Shown piece after piece: positions 55,110-64,000 of a stretch of 64,000 nucleotides of DNA. Position numbers and translations under genes: made by a program. The notes beneath the pieces were generated by a model. It did no database searches, was not told the DNA's origin, and was given only the letters and a program-made list of their open reading frames with translations. Positions within the stretch are counted from its first letter, which is position 1; every line of letters begins with the position of its first letter. Location of the stretch: the NCBI GenBank assembly GCA_963815195.1, contig CAWFGE010000022.1, positions 64,001 through 128,000 on the forward strand. Reading direction: 5' to 3'. The stretch comes from an uncultured Planctomycetaceae bacterium (lineage in GTDB: Bacteria > Planctomycetota > Planctomycetia > Planctomycetales > Planctomycetaceae).

Positions 55110-58100
55110 ATGTCCCTATTCTCCAATCTGCTGCTCTATGCCGCGATCCTGATCCCGATCGCCTATGTGGTTTATCGCACGGCGACCAGCCACGTCGTCC
55201 GGGCCGTGTTCGCGCGGAACGTGATGAGCTACTTTTCGGGGATCCTCGGCTATCTGTTTATCGTGGTGTTCGTGGTGGTCGCCGCGATTTTGGCCTTCAA
55301 CGACCAGTTCTTCACCGCGAACCTGGCGAACCTCGACCAGCTCACCAAGGCGTTTCCGCTCTTGTTGTTGTTCATCGTGCCCGCCATCACGATGACGGCC
55401 TGGTCCGAGGAGCGAAAGCAGGGCACGGACGAGTCTGTTGTTCACGCTGCCCGCGAACGACGTGGAAATCCTGATTGGCAAGTATCTCGCCGTGGTCGCG
55501 GTGTATTCGGTGGCCTTGGCGTTTTCGATGACCTTGTGGGGCGTCTTGGCCATGTTCTCCGAACCGGGCTTTCGCATGTTTGTCAGCACGTACCTGGGCT
55601 ATTGGCTGGCGGGGGCAAGTTTGCTCGCCGTGGGCATGTTCGCCTCGGCTTTGACCCGCAGCGCGACGGTGGCATTCGTGTTGGGGGCCATCATCTGCGC
55701 CGTGCCGGTGTTTCTTTCGACGTCTTCGATGGGCCGGATCATGGAGATTCTCACAGAGAGCATCCCCGTCGCTCTCAGCCCGTGGTTGAATAAGGTGCTC
55801 ACCACCGGGGCCGAGCATCTTACCGCATTCAGCATCGGCGAGCATCTGCACGAGTTCAGCCTGGGCGTCGTGCGGCTGTCGAGCGTGTTGTATTTTGAAT
55901 CCCTCGCCGCCCTGTTTCTGTATTTGAACCTGATCGTCATCAGCGAACGCCATTGGAGCCGCAGCCAGAAATGGAGCATGGGCCTGCAATACGCCGTGCG
56001 CTCGGTGTGCGTGCTGGCGATTTTGACCAGCCTGTACGTCGTCGCGACCCAATCGTCGGGCCGGGCCGATGTCGATCTCACGCCGCAAAAGTATTTCACG
56101 CTCAGCGATGCGACGACGCAGGTGATCGACGGCATCGAGCAGGACCGCCCGGTAACCGTCCAGGCGTTTATTTCGCCCGAGGTGCCGGGGGATTTCGTGC
56201 GGACCAAACGCCGGCTGGAAGGCCTGCTGCGGCAGATCGACCAGCGGGGCGGCAGCCGGGTCACCTTGCGAATCAAACCGACGACCAAATACAGCCCGGC
56301 CGCCGACGAGGCCAAGAGCTTAGGCATCGAACCGCAAACCGTGGAAGCCGAAGAGGAAGGAAAACAGGTCACCGAAGAGGTGTTTATGGGAATCGTCGTC
56401 AGCAGCAGCTACGACGAGGTCGTGGTGCCGTTCGTCGGCGTGGGCACGCCCATCGAATACGAGCTCACGCGGTCGCTGCGGACGGTCTCCAACGCCCACC
56501 GCCTCACCGTGGGCATCCTGGAAACCGAAGCCCACGTGATGAGCGACTCCATGCGGTTTGGGGAAATCGTCGAGGAACTTCGCCGGCAGTACAACGTGGA
56601 ATCCGTGTTGGCGGACAGCCCGATCGAGCGGGAAAAAGAACTCTTTGCCATCGAGAAGGACAACCTCATCAAGTCCCTGAAGAACGCGAAGGAAGACAAA
56701 TTCCCGGACGACCTGCAAAAACTGTTCGCCGAACAGAAAACCAAGCTGTCGGACGATTTTACGTTCAAAATCAAGAAACCGGGCGAAACCTGGACGCTTT
56801 CTGACAACCGCATCAACCGCAAGTACACGATCAACCGCACGGAGGAAAAAGCCGACGAAGACGAGGCGAAGAACGACGAGAAACCGATCGAGGCCGAAAA
56901 GAAGGCGGAGGGCAAGAAGCCTGCGAAGCCGAAGTACGCCGTTTACACCGACCGCTACGACGTGGTGCTCGCGGTACTGCCTTCGACGCTCAACCCGATG
57001 CAGATGGACCATTTCGTGAAGTACGTCAAAGGCGGCGGCCCGACGTTGATCTTCGACGATCCGCTGCCGTTGGTCTTTCTGGGCGCGGGAACGTGATCTC
57101 CATGGCACCGCGGGTGAATCCGCAAAACAATCCCCATCAGCAGCAAATGGGCATGCCGCCGGCCCAGCGGGCCGACAACGGCCAAGCCACCTCGCTGATG
57201 AACGCCCTCAACTTGCTTTGGAACAACGGCGAAGTCGCGTGGGATCTGTATAACCCCTATCCCGAATACGAAGACCAGCCGTGGTGGCGGCGGGGCTTGT
57301 TCACGGTCATCGGCGAGCGGGTCATCGGGAAAGACGACGACGAAACGATCCATGCGCTCAACCAGGACAGCGAAGTCACCCAGGGGCTCAATCGGCTGAT
57401 GTTGTTGTACACGGGCACGATCCGCGAGAAGCGGATCGGCGACATGGAGTTTACGCCGCTGGTCCGCACCGGAAAGACGTCGGGCGTTTTCAAATGGGAC
57501 GAGATCACGGGCTCGCAGTTCGGCCAGACCGTGCTCGAACCCGTGGATGACTCGCTCCCGCCTTTGGATCTCTCCGGCATGTCGGAAGAGGAAAAGAAAC
57601 AGGCCCTTGAGGGCTCGGGGTTCCGGCCCGATTCGTTCTCCCACATCATCGCGGCCCGCATTCGCGGAAAGAAGGACAATAACGTCAACGCGATCTATGT
57701 TGCCGACTGCGATTTGATCAGCAACGTGTTCTTCGATCTCCGCCGGAATCAATGGCTGAATCTCGATTTGGACAACGTCTCGTTCGTCTTGAACGCGGTG
57801 GATTCGCTGGCGGGCGAGAAGTCGTTTTTGGAACTCCGCCGCCGCAAGCCTCCGCATCCCTCGCTGACGGGGATCGAAAAAGAGAAAGAAGTCTTGAGCA
57901 AAAAGCAGCGGGAAGCGGTCAACGAAGCCAAGGCGAAATACGCGAAGCAAGTCGAGAAATTCCGCAAGGTGCTCGAAGATCTCCAGAAGGATCTCAACAG
58001 CAACAGCGAGTTGTCGATGTACGAAAAACGGCGGCAAGTGGGCATGACGCTCGAAAGCGAAAGCCGCCGGCTCAAAGGCGAAATGGACAAGATGAAAGAC

Positions 58101-58286
58101 GACCTCAACAAGAAAGTCGAAGAGGCAAAGTCCAACTACGAGCGCGAGGTCAACAAGACGGAGAACAAAATCCGCCTGATGGCCACGCTGCTTCCGGCGC
58201 TCCCGGCGATTGCGCTCGGGCTGTTGTTTCTCTGCGTTCGCGTCGCCAACGAACGCCGCGAAATCGCCCCCGACCGCCGCCGCTGA
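55110..58286 (+). CDS. GldF-GldG-like fused ABC permease/auxiliary protein; frameshifts at about 55434 and 57088
   Basis: PAITMTAWSEERKQGTDE(L)LFTLP, DLTPQKYFTLS, EYELTRS, DNVSFVLNAVDSLAG, C-terminal TM. Confidence 0.8.
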
Positions 58287-58435
58287 TTTTGTTAATTAAA
58301 TGCGAGCAGACCAACCTAGGGTCGGTGCCCGCGTCAGCCCCATGATCGATTGAGTCTTCGAAAACGCCGCACACCGGCCGCTCGCCCGTTGGTTTTTCAT
58401 TGGTCATTGATGCCTGGTCATTGGAATTTTGAGAT

Positions 58436-60205
58436 ATGAGTGAATCCATTCGCACATTAACGTTTGTCGGCGTGGCCGTGGCTTCGATCGCGGTCGCATG
58501 GATCGTCCACGCCAGTTTGCAGCCGGACGAACCGGAAGCTTTCGCGAAGGTCGGAATCGAGTTCTATCCCGATTTCACCGATCCCACCAAGGCCGGGTCG
58601 CTCAAGATCGCCGACTTCGACGAGAAGTCCGCCAAGGTCCACGAGTTCACGGTGGAGTTCAAAAACGGGCGATGGCGGATTCCCTCGCATTACGGCTACC
58701 CCGCCGATGCCAAAGACCGCCTGGAAAAAGCCGCAGCCTCCCTGATCGGCATCACCCGCAAATCGCTCGCGGGCCGCCGGGCCAATTCGCACGAGCGATT
58801 CGGCGTCATGGATCCGCTCGGCAAAGACGCCACGAAAGGCGACGGCCTGGGGCAGCGGATCCTCATCAAAGACAGGAAAGGCAATGTGCTCGCCGACTAC
58901 ATCCTGGGCAAACGCGTCGCCGGCCAGGACAACCTGTACTTCGTGCGAAAGCCCGACGAAGACGAGACCTACCGCGCCGAGATCGACCTCAACGTCTCCA
59001 CGAAGTTCGCCGACTGGGTCGAGCAGGACCTGCTGAAACTGGATCGGAACGACCTCCTCAGCATGGAAGTCAAAACGCCGAGGTTCGAAACGGAGCAAAC
59101 GCTCTTCGGCGTCAACAAGGTCCTGACCGGGGAAGATTCCATCAAGGTCTCTCGCGACGAAACCGGTCCCGGCACGAAATGGAAATTTGACGGGCTGAAT
59201 CCCGAGACCGAAGAGATCAACACCTCCGGAATCAGCAGCATCGAGACCGCTCTCGACGGGCTGGAACTCAAAGGCGTCCGCCAAAAACCGCAGGGCTTGA
59301 CCCCCGATTTGACACTGGACCTGGACGCATTTCCCAAAGACCAGAACCCGCAGCAGCACTTCAACACCGTGCAGTTGGATTTGAGTTCGCGGGGCTTCAT
59401 GTTGGGCGGCGTCAAAAGCCCGGACTCGGAAGAACAGCGGTTCCTCCTCTTCGGCGAGGGCGGCGAAATGGTCGCCCAAAGCGATGAAGGGCTGGTTTAT
59501 CACCTGCACTTCGGCAAGGCCTTCAGCGGCACGGATGCAGAGATCGAAGTCGGCAAGACCGGGGTCGCCGACGAGGAAGGCAAAGCCGTCGCGGAAACGC
59601 CCAAGGACGCCGAGGCCGACAAATCCAAGTCGAGTCTCAACCGGTATTTGTTCATCCGCGTGGGCTTCGACGAAAGCCTGCTCGGCAAACCGCCCGTCAA
59701 GCCCGAAGAGCCGAAAAGGCCCGAGGGCCTCGGCGAAGAATCCGGCGCCGCGAAGACCGCCGGCAATCAGGACGAGAAATCCAAAGAAGACGGGGAACAG
59801 GCCAAGCTGCAGGCGGAATATAAAACGAAGATGGCGATCTACCGGGCCGACCTCAGCCGCTATGAAAAGGACCAGGAAGAATACGACAAGAAAGTCAAAG
59901 AGGGGAAAGCCAAGGAAGCGGAACTCAACGACCGCTTCGGCGACTGGTATTACGTCGTCACAAACTCCAGCTACGACAACCTGATGTTCAAGCGGGAGGA
60001 CGTGGTGAAGGAGAAATCCAAAGACGGCGGCACAACATCACCGGAAGCCCCGCCGTTCGGCAATTTGCCCGGAGGCAACCCCTTCATCCCCGGTCCGCCG
60101 ATGAGCAAAGAACCAAACGGGGAAGAACCGAAACCGGCCGTCGCCGACAAACCCGCCGCCCCCGCGAAAGCCGCCAAACCGGAGACGGCCCCGGAGCCGA
60201 AATAG
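58436..60205 (+). CDS. DUF4340-like protein of the Gld-type ABC operon
   Basis: N-terminal TM, WRIPSHYGYPAD, YFVRKPDE, RFGDWYYV; usual position after gldG-like genes. Confidence 0.75.
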   Translation: MSESIRTLTFVGVAVASIAVAWIVHASLQPDEPEAFAKVGIEFYPDFTDPTKAGSLKIADFDEKSAKVHEFTVEFKNGRWRIPSHYGYPADAKDRLEKAAASLIGITRKSLAGRRANSHERFGVMDPLGKDATKGDGLGQRILIKDRKGNVLADYILGKRVAGQDNLYFVRKPDEDETYRAEIDLNVSTKFADWVEQDLLKLDRNDLLSMEVKTPRFETEQTLFGVNKVLTGEDSIKVSRDETGPGTKWKFDGLNPETEEINTSGISSIETALDGLELKGVRQKPQGLTPDLTLDLDAFPKDQNPQQHFNTVQLDLSSRGFMLGGVKSPDSEEQRFLLFGEGGEMVAQSDEGLVYHLHFGKAFSGTDAEIEVGKTGVADEEGKAVAETPKDAEADKSKSSLNRYLFIRVGFDESLLGKPPVKPEEPKRPEGLGEESGAAKTAGNQDEKSKEDGEQAKLQAEYKTKMAIYRADLSRYEKDQEEYDKKVKEGKAKEAELNDRFGDWYYVVTNSSYDNLMFKREDVVKEKSKDGGTTSPEAPPFGNLPGGNPFIPGPPMSKEPNGEEPKPAVADKPAAPAKAAKPETAPEPK

Positions 60206-60226
60206 ATCGGCGTTGAGCTTACGGCA

Positions 60227-60416
60227 AGAGCCGCGAACGAAGTAAGCGGGCCGTGTTGGGTTCGCTGTTCCGCTTACTGCGTGCGCGGCTCTCTTCACCC
60301 TCGTGTTCCGCTTACTGCGTGCGCGGCTCTCTTCACCCTCGTGTTCCGCTTACTGCGTCGCGGCTCTCTTCACCCTCGTGTTCCGCTTACTGCGTGCGCG
60401 GCTCTCTTCACCCTCG
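60227..60416. repeat. One inverted REP-like copy plus a 38-bp tandem repeat x4
   Basis: AGAGCCGCGAACGAAGTAAGCGG (60227-49), then TGTTCCGCTTACTGCGTGCGCGGCTCTCTTCACCCTCG at 60266, 60304, 60342 (1-nt shorter), 60379. Confidence 0.92.
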
Positions 60417-60428
60417 GTTGTTCGCGGC

Positions 60429-61073
60429 TCACCCCTCTTTGGACTCGGCCGCGTGTTGGCGGATCATCACCGAAGCCCGGTGCAGGTAAATCCCGCCGCT
60501 GTAAACGGTGATGGCGACCGCAGCCCAGAACAGGCCGTCCCGCACGCCGACCACCCAGGCGAATGCCTCGCGAAACTCCAAGCTGAGCGACAGCAGACTC
60601 GCGACGACGGCCGCGCACTGGAGCACCATCTTGAGCTTGCCGCTCATCGTGGCGGAGAAATCCATCCCGTGCTGCTCCAAGAACCCGCGGAGGCTGGTGA
60701 CGAACATCTCCCGCCCGATGACGATAATCACCATCCAGGCGTTGACGCCGGAATCCGCTTTGCCGAGCAAAAACACGAACGACCCGCAAATGATGATCTT
60801 GTCGGCAAACGGATCGATAATCCGGCCGAGCGTGGTGACGAGGCCGTATTTGCGGGCGATGTAGCCGTCGAGAAAATCCGTCCCCGCCGCGACCAAAAAC
60901 ACGGCCGCCGCGGTCCGCCAATAGCCGTCGTAATCGATCAGCCAAAACAGCAAGACCGCCAAAACCAGCCGGCTGATGGTGATCAAATTCGGGACGTTGA
61001 GCGCGCCACGCGTCAGCGGAGCCAGGCGTTTCGCGGTCTTTTGGGGGTTCCGTTCCGCGTCGGTGATCGACAT
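60429..61073 (-). CDS. pgsA: CDP-diacylglycerol--glycerol-3-phosphate 3-phosphatidyltransferase
   Basis: NVPNLITISR, TDFLDGYIAR, GRIIDPFADK, GRE, GKLKMVLQ; downstream of rimO. Confidence 0.93.
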   Translation of the reverse strand: MSITDAERNPQKTAKRLAPLTRGALNVPNLITISRLVLAVLLFWLIDYDGYWRTAAAVFLVAAGTDFLDGYIARKYGLVTTLGRIIDPFADKIIICGSFVFLLGKADSGVNAWMVIIVIGREMFVTSLRGFLEQHGMDFSATMSGKLKMVLQCAAVVASLLSLSLEFREAFAWVVGVRDGLFWAAVAITVYSGGIYLHRASVMIRQHAAESKEG

Positions 61074-61085
61074 GACTGTGCTCCT

Positions 61086-62503
61086 TTACGTTTCCTCATC
61101 GATCACGGCTTCGCCGATCCAATCGTAGCCGTCCCGCGCCACGATCTCGACCGGCACAAACTGGCCGAGTTCCAAGCCCTCGCCGGAGACCACGATGTTC
61201 CCATCGATCTCCGGGGCATCCGCATATGTCCGCCCCAGCCATAATCCCTCGTCCAACTCTTCGTCCAGGAGGGCGTCGAGTTCGTAACCCACGAGCGAAT
61301 CGCCGAACTCGAAGGCAATCTCCTGCTGGATCGCCATCAGCTCGTCCCGCCGCGTCGTTTTTGACCTCCTCGGGCAAGTGGCCGTCGAGTTTGACCGCCG
61401 GCGTACCGGGTTCCAGGGAATAGGTAAATACGCCCATCCGCTCGAAGCTGCGCTTCCTGGACGAAGCCTTTGAGCTCGGCGAATTGCTCCTCGGTCTCGC
61501 CGGGGAAGCCGACGATGAAGGTCGTCCGCATCACGAGGTTCGGAATCCGTTCGCGCAGCTTGCCCACAAGCTTTACCGTCTGGGCCCGATTGACCCGCCG
61601 CTGCATGCGTTTGAGCATCTGGTCGTTGATGTGCTGCAGCGGCATGTCGAGGTAGGGGATGATTTTTGAGGAGCCGGCGATGGTGTCGATGAGCGCGTCG
61701 GTGAAGTGGATCGGATAGAGATACATCAGCCGAATCCAATCGAGGCCTTCGACCTCTTCCAGTTCTTGGAGCAGTTCCGCGAGCCGGACTTCGCCGTACA
61801 GATCGAGGCCGTAGTAGGTGGTGTCCTGGGCGACGAGGTTAAGTTCCCTGACGCCGTCTGCGGCGAGTTCGCGGGCCTCGGCGATCACCATTTCCATCGG
61901 CTTGGTGACGTGCTTGCCGCGCATTTTGGGGATCGCGCAGAACGTGCAAGTGCGGTCGCAACCTTCGGAGATTTTGAGGTACGCGAAATGCCGGGGCGTG
62001 ATCCGGAGGCGGGCGGTGTCGTCCAGGGCTTTGATCGGGGCGGGGCGGAACAGTTCCCGTTGCTCTCTTGCGCCGCCGATGAGGTGGTCCGCCACGCGGT
62101 TGATCTCATCCCGCCCGAACACGCCGACGATGTGGTCGATTTCCGGCAGTTCATCCAAGAGCCCGCTGCCGAGCCGCTCCGGCAGACAGCCCGCCACGAT
62201 CACGCCTTTGGTCTTCCCGGCTCTCTTCAAGTCGAGCATCTCGCGGATCACGGCTTTGGATTCCTGCCGGGAGCTTTCGATAAACCCGCAGGTGTTCACA
62301 ATCACAAAATCCGCCCCCTCGGGCTCGGAAACCAGCGTATAGCCATCGAGCGCGAGCGTCCCTAGCATTTTTTCGCTGTCCACGAGATTCTTGGGACAGC
62401 CTAGGCTTATAAAGGCATAAGACCCCCGTGCTAATTCAGAACTGGGTTCGTCTTGCCCCATTGGTTGCGAAGCGGGCGGTTCGATAATTGGGAGTTGGTT
62501 CAT
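61086..62503 (-). CDS. rimO: Ribosomal protein S12 methylthiotransferase; frameshifts at about 61448 and 61352
   Basis: [54 protein letters not shown] (TRAM). Confidence 0.93.
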
Positions 62504-62522
62504 GAAATGATTCAATTCAGGT

Positions 62523-62771
62523 TTAGCTTTGCTTGTGTGCCGAATCCGACGGCTCAATCGATTCAACAAGAATTAAGGATAATTCCTGTTCGCGCTCTTT
62601 TGATTCCTCATCATCATCGCTCATCCAGGTGAAGACTGTGAAGGTCTTGCGTCCAACCTGGATCATTTCGGGGTGTCGGATGTCATAAGATTTCCCGCTG
62701 GCCATGTTGATTCGAAAAGGACGAAATGGTTCTGCACTGACGTAGTTCACAATTCTCTTCATGGTCATCAT
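62523..62771 (-). CDS. Small hypothetical protein
   Basis: [30 protein letters not shown]; lower GC. Confidence 0.7.
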   Translation of the reverse strand: MMTMKRIVNYVSAEPFRPFRINMASGKSYDIRHPEMIQVGRKTFTVFTWMSDDDEESKEREQELSLILVESIEPSDSAHKQS

Positions 62772-62806
62772 TGCGAGATTCTCCTGCTGAGAATGCTAGA
62801 GCGAAA

Positions 62807-62860
62807 CTACGTGACAAAATAGCGAAGTTTGAGCCGAACAAGTAGATCAGACTGCTCCAT
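62807..62860 (-). pseudogene. Stub of a nucleotidyltransferase-type toxin gene
   Basis: MEQSDLLVRLKLRYFVT*, ATG overlapping the end of the upstream antitoxin-like gene. Confidence 0.45.
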
Positions 62861-63080
62861 GTGACATCCTCCTGGCGACTTCTTTCCGGATTTGTTCTTC
62901 CGACCAGGAGGGATGTTGATTCTTCACCGATCGGCTCACCAATTGATATCCGAATCGCCACATGCGGTGCGCTATCGCCAGCCGCTCGGCTCCCGACTTT
63001 TGACGAAGCATGTCGGCCATTTCGTCTGTCATCGACTCCCACCTCGGGCGGCGGGGCGTATTGTTTTGTGTTGATTGCAT
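62847..63080 (-). CDS. Rv0078B-like small helical antitoxin (start uncertain)
   Basis: ADMLRQKSGAERLAIAHRMW...QHPSWSEEQIRKEVARRM. Confidence 0.6.
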   Translation of the reverse strand: MQSTQNNTPRRPRWESMTDEMADMLRQKSGAERLAIAHRMWRFGYQLVSRSVKNQHPSWSEEQIRKEVARRMSHGAV

Positions 63081-63217
63081 TCTCGGAAGTTCCCGAAATC
63101 TCATTATCCATTCACCAAGCCAGTGACGACCTGCTTCACTCCTCAATTGTAGCGAGCCGGCAGCGGGGCGGCAAAGTCCTGGGAAATCCGGCATCAAAGC
63201 GAATGTCAAAAACCGCA

Positions 63218-64000
63218 TCAGGCGGATTGATTTTGCTCGCTCTTGCGACGGTCGCCTTTGAAAAGAGCGATCGTCGGAGTTTGCAGCTCGCTTTCCCGGA
63301 TGCGGCGCTGAAAAACCGATAGGATGTCGCTCCGAGTAATAATGCCCACGAGTCGATGCGGATGCTCTCGGCTGACGACGGGAAGCCTCCCAATCGAGTG
63401 GTTCACCATGTGGTCGGCGGCTTGGCGAACGGTGGAATCGTCGTACACATAACGCACCGGGCCCCGGAGTGCATCCGAAATGGTCTGGTCGCTCGAGAGA
63501 GCCGAATCACTGAGGTCGCGGCGTGTGACCAGCCCGACCAGCGTTCCATTCGGATCAAGCACCGGAAATCCTTGGTGGGTCGTGGAGGCGTTCTCCGTCA
63601 GCCAGTCTCGAACTTGCCCGATGGGATCGTCCCGTTGAACCGTGACGACGTTTGATGAGGCGGCTTCTCGGACCAAGACTTGATCGAGCGAATCGGCAAA
63701 ATACTCTTCCGGGGTTCTCACACCTCGCCTGGCAATTTTCTCCGTCATGATTGAGGTGCGCATCACGATGGACGAAACCAGATAGGCCGCGGCACATCCG
63801 CCGAGTAAAGGCAACAGGCCAAATGGCTGCAGCGTCGTCTCAAAAGCGAAAACCGCAGACGCCAACATCGCGCGCAACGCGCCCGAAAAGAGGGCGGCCA
63901 TTCCGACCAGTCCGGCGATTCGCGCGTCAACGCCCAAGCCGGGCGCGATTTGAGAAACGGCCAAGCCCATCGCGGCCCCCAAACCGCCGCCGATGGTAAA
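63218..64000 (-). CDS. 3' part of a CLC chloride channel/antiporter with two CBS domains
   Basis: GMAALFSGALRA, FAFETT, SIMTEKIARRG, HQGFPV, GRLPVV, GIITRSD. Confidence 0.9.
   Translation of the reverse strand, partial: FTIGGGLGAAMGLAVSQIAPGLGVDARIAGLVGMAALFSGALRAMLASAVFAFETTLQPFGLLPLLGGCAAAYLVSSIVMRTSIMTEKIARRGVRTPEEYFADSLDQVLVREAASSNVVTVQRDDPIGQVRDWLTENASTTHQGFPVLDPNGTLVGLVTRRDLSDSALSSDQTISDALRGPVRYVYDDSTVRQAADHMVNHSIGRLPVVSREHPHRLVGIITRSDILSVFQRRIRESELQTPTIALFKGDRRKSEQNQSA

Noticed and set aside
60266..60416. CRISPR-like array of 38-bp repeats (also 30781-30881 and 25829-25902)
   Set aside because: Units are head-to-tail with no unique spacers, no cas genes are present, and the core matches a dispersed REP-like family

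Overview
GC-rich bacterial chromosomal window that looks like a planctomycete (inferred from gene content: VWA/DUF1080/DUF4340/sulfatase proteins, CpaC secretin, GldA/FG-like ABC transporter, typical intergenic palindromic repeats). It is mostly core and accessory metabolism: quinol-dependent NO reductase, radical SAM protein, apbE/nqrM, lhgO, mobA plus two moeA, two sigma54-driven hsp20 genes, two RND efflux systems (one TetR-controlled, one beside a two-component system), an esterase-sulfatase fusion, serA, mlaEFD, lspA, pgsA, rimO and a CLC-CBS channel. About 20 single-base frameshifts in about 17 genes, several of them housekeeping, most likely reflect long-read indel errors, so split ORFs are joined here. 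The most interesting signals are remnants that the ORF track does not show as genes: a REP-bracketed island at 2.9-5.9 kb (possible toxin C-terminal tip, SUKH immunity gene, Rhs/YD fragment, secreted HExxH protein), a group II intron maturase fragment at 53.7-53.9 kb, and an orphan antitoxin with a 17-aa toxin stub at 62.8-63.1 kb. A clean sigma54/IHF/triple-UAS promoter sits upstream of hsp20. I found no CRISPR array, rRNA, tRNA or intact mobile element, and no complete novel system that I can support. All family assignments are from motif recognition, not database searches.
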